64,000 bases of DNA, from contig JBPOIC010000039.1 of the NCBI GenBank assembly GCA_052034865.1, positions 5,195-69,194 on the forward strand, written 5' to 3'. This document shows, piece by piece, positions 1 through 8,457 of the stretch. Numbering within the stretch: position 1 is the first letter of the stretch; the number at the start of each line of letters is the position of its first letter. Source of the stretch: Myxococcota bacterium. Lineage in GTDB: Bacteria > UBA10199 > JADFYH01. Under the pieces are notes generated by a model. That model had not been told where the DNA came from and did no database searches. It saw only the letters and a program-made list of their open reading frames with translations. Both the position numbers and the translations under genes were made by a program.

Positions 1-866
1 AAAAAAAGATAGGTCGCTCCTCCTGTCCAGATCACACCGCAGAGCAAGGGCAGGCCGACCCATAAAACGCCTTTCGCATTTCTAAAATAAGCGAGCAAAA
101 TAATCAAAAGAGTGAAGACGACGAGAGCCGATACCCAGGTCATTTGATTTCCGAGATGCTCGACCTCCGCCATTGAGCGCAAGTGGTCGCCGGTATAGCC
201 GATCTGAAATTCCTGATCTGGATAGGTTTGATGGATGTCCGTTTCGAGGGATTTGATTTTTTCAACCAGGCTCTGCGAGCTATCCAGGTTTTGCTGATGT
301 CCTGACGTTTTGATTTTCAACACAACAAAGCGGCCGTCTTCCCCCGAAGGATTTTTTAAATTTCCAAAACTCTCGGTACGGGCTTCATATTTTTTTTGAA
401 TATCTATAAAGGTTAAATCGGGTCGGTCTTCTTCATCCGCAAAATCCATTAAACGGTTAAAGGTGGGTTTCACACCCTGAGCTTCCAGCTCCAGCGATCG
501 ATCCAGACGCTTCTCCATCTCCTTTAAATCAGAAAGATCCAGATAGAGCCATTTGCGGGCATCAAAAAATTCTATGGGACGCTCATAATCGACGTACTGA
601 ACGCCAGGTAATTTTTCGATCTTTAGGGTAAGATCGGTTGCAATCTGATGAGAAAAATCCGGATCTTTTGTCTCAAGGGTTACGACCAAAAATCCAAGTC
701 CTCCAAATGACTTTTGAAGTTGATGCAGCGCTTGAACGCTTTCAAAGCTCTGCGGCAATAGAGCAGCCAGATCGTTTTCGATTTTCAGTTTTTTGGCCTG
801 AAAAAACGAAAATAGAGTCACGAAGAGGCAAAGGATGAGGACTGTTTTAGGAAAGCGAATGGCCAT
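1..866 (-). CDS. MMPL/RND-superfamily membrane exporter, N-terminal part (gene runs off window start)
   Basis: Minus-strand ATG at 864-866 opens a frame reading MAIRFPKTVLILCLFVTLFSFF... that stays open to position 1. N-terminal TM helix, roughly 200-aa soluble loop, then TM helix LVVFTLLIILLAYF, typical of MMPL/HpnN-like transporters. Absent from the ORF track because no stop lies in the window. Confidence 0.5.
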   Translation of the reverse strand, partial: MAIRFPKTVLILCLFVTLFSFFQAKKLKIENDLAALLPQSFESVQALHQLQKSFGGLGFLVVTLETKDPDFSHQIATDLTLKIEKLPGVQYVDYERPIEFFDARKWLYLDLSDLKEMEKRLDRSLELEAQGVKPTFNRLMDFADEEDRPDLTFIDIQKKYEARTESFGNLKNPSGEDGRFVVLKIKTSGHQQNLDSSQSLVEKIKSLETDIHQTYPDQEFQIGYTGDHLRSMAEVEHLGNQMTWVSALVVFTLLIILLAYFRNAKGVLWVGLPLLCGVIWTGGATYLF

Positions 867-1057
867 TTCATAAAGTCGCGGACGCGTAAAATATTTCATC
901 ATTTTTTGGAGGTATCATGGGGCCCCCTGTTGATCAAGGGAGTGGAACAGGCTAAGGATGGGGTAGGCAGGATAGTCCTGCAAGATAAGATTGTCTTCAT
1001 ACGGTGGACGTCTGATGCTGGATTTTTCAAATTGATTTTCTTCAGACACAGCCTAAG

Positions 1058-1088
1058 GGCGGGGCATGCCTCGCCCCTACAAACAACC
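1058..1088. repeat. Palindrome-containing 21-nt motif ggcatgcctcgcccctacaaa (copy 1), about 85 nt upstream of GT4 start, in divergent intergenic region
   Basis: Exact 21-mer shared with 8371-8391; contains the self-complementary core GCATGC inside G/C-rich arms. Confidence 0.5.
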
Positions 1089-1170
1089 TGATCGTTCGCA
1101 ATGATTTCTCGGGCGTTTTTACAACTCGCTCTAACAATTGGCAGAAATGTTGTTTTAAAAAATTATTCTC

Positions 1171-2475
1171 ATGCAAACTCTTCTCACGCACCCCTCATCG
1201 CCTCCAGAAAAAAAGCTGAAAATCGCCCTGATCTGCGATTGGTATCTTCCTCAAATTGGAGGGATTGAGCTTCACATTCAGGATTTGGCGCGGGGTCTTC
1301 AAAAAAGAGGACATCAGGTCGAAGTGATCACCGCTTATCCTGGACCTCAATCTATTGATGGGATTTCCGTGCGTCGCCTTTTCTCCCGTCTGCTTCCAAA
1401 ATTTCATATTGCCATAAGCGCACGTCCTTTTCGCGAGCTGCGAAAGCTGTTTCAGAAAGAGCGCTATGATCTGGTGCATGCGCACGTGAGCGTGGTTTCT
1501 CCTTTGGCTTACGCAGGTGCCTACCTCGCTCAAAAGGCAAAAATTCCAACCGTGATTACGGCACATTCCCTTTTGGAGCGGGGAAGTTTTTTGAGTTTTA
1601 AATTTTTAAATCCTTTTTTGAAATGGAGTCGATGGAACGCTCTGTTCAGCGGGGTGAGCCGAGTGGTGGCGGAGGGTTTCAGCCGATCGCTTGGGCATCC
1701 GGTCGAAATCCTTCCAAACGGAACCGATCTTTCGCGCTGGAAAGCCAACCCCGAGCGATTTTCTTTGGCGTCTTTTTTATCCAGCGATTTGAATTCTTTT
1801 TTTTCACCTCAGGGCAATCGGCCGATTCGAATTACGTCCGTCATGCGCCTGACTCGAAAAAAGCGCGCCGATTTTTTGATTCGTGCGATTCCTCTCATCA
1901 ATGCGCGTCTTTCCCATTATCCAAAACCGGTGTTTACAATCATTGGCGAGGGGCCAGATCGTCGCGGGCTTGAGAAAAAAACTCGGGAATTAAAGATTCA
2001 GGATCAGGTTCAGTTTTTGGGATATTGTTCGCGCGAAAAAATTCAGGAAGTGTTCGATCAAACCGATGTCTTCTCTTCACCTACCTTAAAAGAAGCCTTT
2101 GGAATCGCTGTTCTGGAGGCACGGTGTGCCGGGCTTCCAGTGGTGGGTATGGAAGGGGGTGGGGTGAGCGATTTGATCGAATCCGGAAAAAATGGATTTT
2201 TGGTTAGAAATCTTGAAGAGTTTGTGCGGGCCCATGTCACTCTCATTCAGGATGCGGATTTAAGAGAGCAGATGTCTCAAAACACTCGGCAAGGGCTTGA
2301 GCGGTTTGGTTGGGATGAGATTTTAAATGACCATTTAAAGATTTATGAAAAAGCGAGGTTAAAATTTAATGAGCCTGAGCTTTTAAAGGAGGCGGGATTT
2401 GGAAAAGAAGATGTGTATCACCGTCGATATGGAACAGGATTGTCCACCTTACCTGACGACTTATCGGGGGGTTGA
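1171..2475 (+). CDS. Glycosyltransferase family 4 (GT-B, group 1)
   Basis: 434 aa. N-terminus KIALICDWYLPQIGGIELHIQDLARGL and C-terminal E-x7-E-like region (EAFGIAVLEARCAGLPVV) typical of GT4 retaining glycosyltransferases. Confidence 0.8.
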   Translation: MQTLLTHPSSPPEKKLKIALICDWYLPQIGGIELHIQDLARGLQKRGHQVEVITAYPGPQSIDGISVRRLFSRLLPKFHIAISARPFRELRKLFQKERYDLVHAHVSVVSPLAYAGAYLAQKAKIPTVITAHSLLERGSFLSFKFLNPFLKWSRWNALFSGVSRVVAEGFSRSLGHPVEILPNGTDLSRWKANPERFSLASFLSSDLNSFFSPQGNRPIRITSVMRLTRKKRADFLIRAIPLINARLSHYPKPVFTIIGEGPDRRGLEKKTRELKIQDQVQFLGYCSREKIQEVFDQTDVFSSPTLKEAFGIAVLEARCAGLPVVGMEGGGVSDLIESGKNGFLVRNLEEFVRAHVTLIQDADLREQMSQNTRQGLERFGWDEILNDHLKIYEKARLKFNEPELLKEAGFGKEDVYHRRYGTGLSTLPDDLSGG

Positions 2476-3127
2476 AGAAGGCACATTCAGGCTTTTAGAA
2501 CTTTTCGCCCGCGAAAAAATTCCCGCTACTTTTTTTACCACCGGCGATGTCGCCGAGCGCTATCCTTCTATCATTAAACAAATTGTCGATTTGGGCCACG
2601 AGTTGGGCTGTCATGGCTATTCTCACCGGCGCTTTGATCAGATGGATTTTTCTTTAGCGGCCGAAGAAATCAAGAGATCAACGGCTCTTCTTAGAAAATT
2701 TGCGACTGTCATTTCTTTTCGTGCGCCGAATCTGGAATTTCCACCGGCCTGTCTTTCACTGCTTGAAAAAGAAGGCTACCAACTCGATTCTTCCGAAGCA
2801 AAATACAAGTGGACTCATCGCCTTCGCTCAAAGCCTTTGACCTCTCTCACGCGCATTCCCGCCTCGGTGACTTCGTCGGTTTTACGTCTTCCCAAAACCG
2901 TGCGCACCTTTTGGATGGGTCGTCTCAAAAGTCCTGTCGTCCTGTTTGTGCATCCCTGGGAGTTTGTAGATTTCAGAAACGATCGGCGTTTGAGGCTGGA
3001 TTGTCGGTTTAAGACGGGAAAAATCGCTCTCGAGTGTCTTTCAGAAAATATACATTGGTTTAAGAAAAGAGATTTTGAGTTTTTAAAGATGAGGGACCTG
3101 CTTTCACTCCATCAGGGTTCTCGGTGA
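2411..3127 (+). CDS. Polysaccharide deacetylase (NodB-homology, CE4) family protein
   Basis: FFTTGDVAERYP...GHELGCHGYSHRRF matches CE4 His-His metal motif region. Overlaps end of GT4 gene. Start chosen at ATG 2411 (alternative 2399/2429). Confidence 0.7.
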   Translation: MCITVDMEQDCPPYLTTYRGVEEGTFRLLELFAREKIPATFFTTGDVAERYPSIIKQIVDLGHELGCHGYSHRRFDQMDFSLAAEEIKRSTALLRKFATVISFRAPNLEFPPACLSLLEKEGYQLDSSEAKYKWTHRLRSKPLTSLTRIPASVTSSVLRLPKTVRTFWMGRLKSPVVLFVHPWEFVDFRNDRRLRLDCRFKTGKIALECLSENIHWFKKRDFEFLKMRDLLSLHQGSR

Positions 3128-4090
3128 TCTTTTGCCGAAGAAAAGACCTTGATGTCTCAATCCCATCTTTAAAAACAGAAAGGATCCGACCAAAACAAAC
3201 GGCAGGGTGTGTGCCAGATGCATGGCCAGACCAATCGCCGAGGCCCCGCTCGTATCGATTCCCAAGTGCTGATAGGTCAAAAAAACTGCGCCTTCGAAAA
3301 TCCCAAAACGCCCGGGCGAAACGGGCAGGCTCATCGCCACCCCAAGCGCGAGATGAACCAGCAGGGCGCTAATCCACGGAAGCTGCAGATGAAAGCTTTT
3401 CTGAACCATCAAGATCGTTCCCACCTCCAGGCTTTTCATGGCAAAGGCAATAGCAATCGCCAGAAACATTTTTTTAAGATCCCTTAAATCCTGCAGGTGA
3501 TGGGCCCATTTCGAGAAAAAATGTCCGAGCCTTTTCCAGTGAGAATGCTCGATGACTTCAAGGGCGTGAGAGGAATTCCGGTAGCGATAAGCCAGTGCAA
3601 ACAAAATGACATAGGCCAAAAAGATAAGCCCGATACCGCCGCGGACAGGGATCTGAATCCAGTCGGGTAAAGGATAGAATAAGGCGATCATTCCAAACAT
3701 CACGATTTTTCCAAATCCGTCGGCCATCTGCTCAAGGGTGATGATGGACAGGGCCACCGATTTTCCAAGCTTTTCTTTTTCTCCCAACAGATAAATTCCG
3801 AATAAATGTCCTCCCCAAAACGGAACCGTGTTCACGAGCATGGCAAACACACTCACGACACTAAACATGTTTTGAAAACGAAGCTTGCGATTTTCTGGAA
3901 CAAAGAGGTTCCACTGGAAAGCGGTGAGAATCAGAATGAGGATGGGAAAAGAGCACCCGATCAGAAAATAAGCCAGATCCATTTGCTTGAGACTTGTCCA
4001 GAACTGATGAAAGTCGATCGCTCGGAATAAGAAAAAAATCAGAACGGCAGGGACTAAGAGGGAAAGAAGGATAAGAAGATATTTTTTCAT
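3104..4090 (-). CDS. Flippase-like / lysylphosphatidylglycerol-synthase TM-domain (UPF0104) membrane protein
   Basis: ORF 3104-4201. Real start probably MKKYLLILLSLLVPAVLIFF at 4088-4090. About 8 predicted TM helices. This family is commonly paired with GT4 enzymes for glycolipid synthesis. Confidence 0.55.
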   Translation of the reverse strand: MKKYLLILLSLLVPAVLIFFLFRAIDFHQFWTSLKQMDLAYFLIGCSFPILILILTAFQWNLFVPENRKLRFQNMFSVVSVFAMLVNTVPFWGGHLFGIYLLGEKEKLGKSVALSIITLEQMADGFGKIVMFGMIALFYPLPDWIQIPVRGGIGLIFLAYVILFALAYRYRNSSHALEVIEHSHWKRLGHFFSKWAHHLQDLRDLKKMFLAIAIAFAMKSLEVGTILMVQKSFHLQLPWISALLVHLALGVAMSLPVSPGRFGIFEGAVFLTYQHLGIDTSGASAIGLAMHLAHTLPFVLVGSFLFLKMGLRHQGLFFGKRSPRTLME

Positions 4091-4351
4091 AATTCCTGAA
4101 CACGAAGACAGAAGAAAAACCTCTACAATCAATCTTCCTGTAGGTCCGCAGGACCACGCCGCCCCGACGGGCACCCCTCCAAAGGAGGGGAATAAAAACA
4201 ATCAGAATTCAGAAGATAGAAGGTAGAATACAGAATCAATACCACTGGATTACTTCGTCGCTACAATCCTTGAAAAGACGCCCTTACCCTTACATCGTCA
4301 TTGCGGGCGACCGAAGGGAACGTGGCAATCCATCCACCCTTCATAAACGCT

Positions 4352-5392
4352 TCATCCCTGCTGTTTTCTCTTAGATACCTCTAAATTGCGCTTTTTCAAG
4401 ATCACTGGGACGTCATCGGTAAAATGCCGGAGGATGAACGGATAAATTTTTCCAAGTTTTTGAACTCTCCACTTCTCAACGATAAAAAAGGCGAGGGCTG
4501 CGTAGAACATCCCCAAAAAAAGATCGATCACATAATGATGCTGAAGGTAAACGGCCGCAAAACACATGAGCGAAAGATACACGCTTTGCGCGTATTTCCA
4601 TTTTCCAGGGTTTTGAAGGGCGTACAGCCAGCCCAAGCTTGCAAAGCCTGCGTGCATGGAAGGAATGGCCCCAAAAACGACGGGCGACATTCCATAAAAT
4701 CCGCTGGTGAGTTTAAATCCCAAAAGGGCATCGAAACGAATGAGTCCTCCCGGATCTCCAGCAATAGGATGGAGGGGCTGCATAAAACCGTAATGCGTCA
4801 CATACCACGGAGGAGCGGCTGGATAGAGAAAGTAGGTTGCAAAGGCCAGAAAATTCATCAGCAAAAAAGCAAGCGTGTAGCGACCCGCTTCTTCGGGTGA
4901 GCGCAAACGCCAGATCAGAAGAATCAAGAGAATCGCAATCGGCTCGTGGAGAATATAAATGATGCCACACAGCAGATCTAAAGCGGGATGCGTCCAGGCC
5001 AAAAAGAAATCATTGAGCAGGATTTTTTTTCCAGCGTGCATCCATCCAAACCAGGATAAATCGATCTGATAGGGTTCGCTAATGTGGATGGGTAAGATGA
5101 AATCGAAGGGAATGTAGCGTAAAAAATCGAAGACGATGTCTTTAATGACGACGGGAAGGGCGAGCAGGATAAAGATCCGGGTTTTGGGATGAACGAAATA
5201 AAGCGCAAGGACGAGTAGCGAGAACAAGACGTGATCGATTCGAAACTGACCCAGCAGAACGTGGGTTAGGCAGTAGGCGAGTGTAAATGCGGGCCAAAGG
5301 AATGCTTTCAGATAAACAAGTGAAGCTCCTTCCAGCCGGTCGGCCAAGAGTCTGTCATAAAGTAGTGAAACTGCGCGAAAAACACGGTCCAT
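4352..5392 (-). CDS. PAP2_3-type membrane phosphotransferase (Aur1/Ipt1 inositolphosphoceramide-synthase-like)
   Basis: 346 aa, polytopic membrane protein. Motifs YPAAPPWY, FGAIPSMHAGF and HHYVIDLFLG correspond to the PAP2 C2/C3 catalytic motifs of the PAP2_3 subfamily. Confidence 0.55.
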   Translation of the reverse strand: MDRVFRAVSLLYDRLLADRLEGASLVYLKAFLWPAFTLAYCLTHVLLGQFRIDHVLFSLLVLALYFVHPKTRIFILLALPVVIKDIVFDFLRYIPFDFILPIHISEPYQIDLSWFGWMHAGKKILLNDFFLAWTHPALDLLCGIIYILHEPIAILLILLIWRLRSPEEAGRYTLAFLLMNFLAFATYFLYPAAPPWYVTHYGFMQPLHPIAGDPGGLIRFDALLGFKLTSGFYGMSPVVFGAIPSMHAGFASLGWLYALQNPGKWKYAQSVYLSLMCFAAVYLQHHYVIDLFLGMFYAALAFFIVEKWRVQKLGKIYPFILRHFTDDVPVILKKRNLEVSKRKQQG

Positions 5393-5650
5393 AAAGAAAA
5401 GAGGGCGAGGGAGACCTTGCCCTTATAATTAGAAAGATTGTGAATCAGGCAGATAGCGGGTTCATCACACAAACTCAACCAAGAGTTTTATTGACAGTTT
5501 TTCAGGATCCAGTACTTATTCCCCCTAAAATCAATAAATCGTTCCGGTAGGAGTTGTGACAGTTCGTTTCGTCCCTCCCATGGTTTCCTCTTTAATTTCG
5601 GTGATACTGTACAATTGTTGTCATTCAGGATGTAGTTCCCGTTCATTGCT

Positions 5651-6919
5651 ATGACTCAACACGTGGATGATCTTGTAAAAAACCGCCACCTTCTTTCCCG
5701 TGAGGAAAGCTCCGATGTTTTTGCAAAGGCCTATGCCTTTCAAAAGGTGATCGGCTCGTTGCGTGAGACGGGAAGTTATCCTTATTTTCAACCTCTCTCC
5801 TTAAACCTCGGTCCCCAGGCCATTCTGAAAGGTAAAAAAGTCATCATGATGGGCTCTAATAATTATTTGGGGCTCACCACTCATCCCAAAGTTCGTGAAG
5901 CGGCCATTGAAGCCATTCAACGTTTTGGTACGAGCGCGACCGGTTCTCGTCTGCTCAACGGATCTTTGGAAATCCATGAGGCCTTCGAACACGAGATTGC
6001 CCAGTTTCTCAACAAAGAAGCGGCTCTGATTTTTACTACCGGCTATCAAGCCAATCTGGGCGCCATTACAGCCCTGGCAACCCACGGAGTTCAGGTTTAT
6101 CTCGATAAACAAAATCATGCGAGTTTGTATGATGCAGTCAAAATGAGTGAAGGACGTTGTGTGTTTTTCAAACACAACGATGCGGATCATTTAGATCGTC
6201 TGATGGCCCAGGCCCCTGCGGGAAGTCCGAAGCTGGTCGCGGTGGATGGGGTGTTCAGCATGGAAGGTGATCTCACTCCTCTTCCTAACATAGTCGAGGT
6301 TTGCAGGCGTCATCACGCGCGACTTTTGGTCGACGATGCCCATGCCCTGGGAGTTTTGGGAAAAAAAGGAGAAGGGACGGCAGGTCATTTTGGTTTGAGC
6401 TCAGAAGTCGATCTGATCATGGCGACCTTCTCAAAATCGCTGGCCTCAACTGGTGGTTATGTAGCCGGAGATTTTGCGATTGTGGATTATATCAAGCACC
6501 ATGGTCGCTCGATGATTTTTTCGGCTTCGATTACTCCTGCGAATCTAGCGGCGGCCCGCGAATCTCTTCAAATTCTCATTCAGGAGCCAGAACGCGTGAC
6601 GCAGGTGATGGAGAATGCTCGCGTTCTGAAAGAAGGATTGATCGCAATGGGATGGAGTGTTGGGGCTTCGCAAACACCGATCATCCCCGTACATATCGGA
6701 AATGATCTGACCGCCCTGACGCTTTGGAAAGATCTTCTGGAAGCCGGAGTCTATGTGAATCCGGTTGTCTATCCTGCGGTCGATCAGGACAAGGCGATTT
6801 TACGCGTGAGTACAATGACGACGCATACGCCCCAACATCTGGAACAGGCTCTTGAGGCGTTTCGTCTAGTTGGAGAGCGCTATCATCTTCTTGAAAAACA
6901 GGCGAGTCATGGGGCTTGA
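5651..6919 (+). CDS. spt: Alpha-oxoamine synthase family PLP enzyme, serine palmitoyltransferase-like
   Basis: 422 aa. GSNNYLGL, DDAHALGVLG and FSKSLASTGGYVAG (PLP-binding Lys) typical of Spt/BioF/Kbl family. Assignment to Spt rests on gene neighbourhood. Confidence 0.6.
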   Translation: MTQHVDDLVKNRHLLSREESSDVFAKAYAFQKVIGSLRETGSYPYFQPLSLNLGPQAILKGKKVIMMGSNNYLGLTTHPKVREAAIEAIQRFGTSATGSRLLNGSLEIHEAFEHEIAQFLNKEAALIFTTGYQANLGAITALATHGVQVYLDKQNHASLYDAVKMSEGRCVFFKHNDADHLDRLMAQAPAGSPKLVAVDGVFSMEGDLTPLPNIVEVCRRHHARLLVDDAHALGVLGKKGEGTAGHFGLSSEVDLIMATFSKSLASTGGYVAGDFAIVDYIKHHGRSMIFSASITPANLAAARESLQILIQEPERVTQVMENARVLKEGLIAMGWSVGASQTPIIPVHIGNDLTALTLWKDLLEAGVYVNPVVYPAVDQDKAILRVSTMTTHTPQHLEQALEAFRLVGERYHLLEKQASHGA

Positions 6920-8042
6920 GTCTCTTTCTGTCCAGCCTGTGCGCACCCGCCTGGAGCTCAAACGTTTTATTCAACTTCCCTACCGTCTCTATCAAAACGA
7001 TCCCCATTGGATTGCCCCACTTTATTCCGAGCGCAAAGAAATCCTTCATCCTCAAAAAAATCCTTTTTATCAGCATGCGATCGTGGAGCTTTTCCTCGCG
7101 GTTCGCGAGGGAAAAGAAGTGGGGAGAATCTCTGCTCAGATCGATTTTGAGTATGAGAAATGTCATGGGGAACGGGTGGGGCATTTTGGATTTTTTGAGT
7201 GCGAACAGGATCCTGAAATTGCCGCTGCCCTTTTTCAGGCGGCTGAAAATTTTTTAAAACAAAACCAGGCGACACGCATCGTGGGGCCTTTCAGTTTTTC
7301 GATCAATGAAGAATCGGGTCTTTTAATCGATGGTTTTGATCAACCTCTCATGACGATGATGCCTTACAATCCTCCCTACTATGCCGATCTCATCGAAGGC
7401 GTAGGGTATCGCAAGATCAAGGATTTATATGCGTGGCATTACCCGGTGGGCGAAATTCCCGAACAGCCGCGACTGATTGCGGAAGAGGTGAGGAAATTGC
7501 CGGATCTGATCCTGCGCACCTTTGATAAAAAGAATTTCAAACGCGATATGAACATTATCATCGATATTTTCAATTCCGCCTGGTCAGAAAACTGGGGCTT
7601 TGTGCCCTTGACTTCGGCCGAAGTTGACAAGATGGCAAAGGATCTTAAACTCTTTATCGATTACGAAGGGGCATTTATTGCCGAATATAAAGGGATTCCC
7701 ATCGCGATGGCGCTTGCGATGCCCAATCTGTATGAATTGATTGCAGGCATGAAGGGCCGTCTGTTTCCCTTCGGTATCTTTAAACTCCTGTGGCGCCTGT
7801 TTCGAAAGCAATATCGCTCTGCACGCCTGATGCTTCTGGGAATCAAAAAGGAATACCGAAGTTCCATGCTTGGATTTTTAAGCACCCTGCTCTACGTTGA
7901 AATTCATCGGCGTGGGCTTGAGCGGGGCTATGAGTGGGGAGAGCTTTCCTGGACCCTCGAAGACAATCGCAAAGTGAATACCGGCATCGAGTTTATGGGA
8001 GGAAAGAAATACAAGACGTTTCGAATTTATGAGAAGGGGTAG
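6909..8042 (+). CDS. GNAT-like acyltransferase (FemAB/BioF2-like fold), candidate bacterial ceramide synthase
   Basis: About 378 aa. Start overlaps spt stop, suggesting translational coupling. C-terminal region KKEYRSSMLGFLSTLLYVEIHRRGLERGYEWGELSWTLEDNRKVN resembles GNAT motif A/B region. Functional call is by context only. Confidence 0.4.
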   Translation: MGLESLSVQPVRTRLELKRFIQLPYRLYQNDPHWIAPLYSERKEILHPQKNPFYQHAIVELFLAVREGKEVGRISAQIDFEYEKCHGERVGHFGFFECEQDPEIAAALFQAAENFLKQNQATRIVGPFSFSINEESGLLIDGFDQPLMTMMPYNPPYYADLIEGVGYRKIKDLYAWHYPVGEIPEQPRLIAEEVRKLPDLILRTFDKKNFKRDMNIIIDIFNSAWSENWGFVPLTSAEVDKMAKDLKLFIDYEGAFIAEYKGIPIAMALAMPNLYELIAGMKGRLFPFGIFKLLWRLFRKQYRSARLMLLGIKKEYRSSMLGFLSTLLYVEIHRRGLERGYEWGELSWTLEDNRKVNTGIEFMGGKKYKTFRIYEKG

Positions 8043-8294
8043 GAAGGGAAAGGTGGGGATTTTCATCGTCTCACCCTCTCTTTTAAGAATGCGACGAAGT
8101 ATCTGTCCTTTGACTCTTCGACGAGTTCAAAGCTCAAGGCGAACGACTTAGGATGTCCCATGTGTTTTCTGACTTTTGATTCCTGGATGGTTTCTCTCCC
8201 TTCGGTCGATCGCAAAGACGCAATGATCGTCCTTCTAAATTCTGTCTCCTGATTTTTCCACTCTCCCGTTGCTGGGACGAAGTACCCGAAGGGT

Positions 8295-8394
8295 GGAGGG
8301 TGAGGGGAAATTAAATTCTCACCCTCCCTCCAAATCCCGCCCATCCAGGGCGGGAGGGCGTTGCGGACGAGGCATGCCTCGCCCCTACAAATAA
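8295..8394. promoter_or_regulatory. Cluster of three consecutive stem-loops ending in second copy of the 21-nt motif, upstream of the CerR-like gene
   Basis: ggagggtgag(8295-8304)/ctcaccctcc(8318-8327) is a 10-bp perfect stem. cccgccc/gggcggg lies at 8336-8355. gaggcatgcctc palindrome plus ggcatgcctcgcccctacaaa lies at 8369-8391. Confidence 0.45.
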
Positions 8395-8457
8395 TTTAGG
8401 TTTAACCATGAGAGCAATCACACAGGATTGCCAATCACTGCATTTCGCTCGCAAACT

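Noticed and set aside
638-838. 66-aa plus-strand ORF
   Set aside because: Lies entirely antisense within the well-supported MMPL-like minus-strand gene (1-866); no motif.
906-1091. 61-aa ORF spanning the palindromic 21-mer
   Set aside because: Intergenic, no RBS, and sequence dominated by the repeat/hairpin; more likely non-coding regulatory DNA.
1195-2246. Several minus/plus-strand ORFs (1195-1566, 1352-1549, 1530-1748, 1623-1973, 2025-2207, 2058-2246)
   Set aside because: All nested inside the GT4 gene in other frames; no recognisable motifs.
8063-8344. 93-aa minus-strand ORF between GNAT and CerR-like genes
   Set aside because: Overlaps the stem-loop array; Pro/Gly-rich low-complexity translation typical of GC-rich hairpins read in frame.
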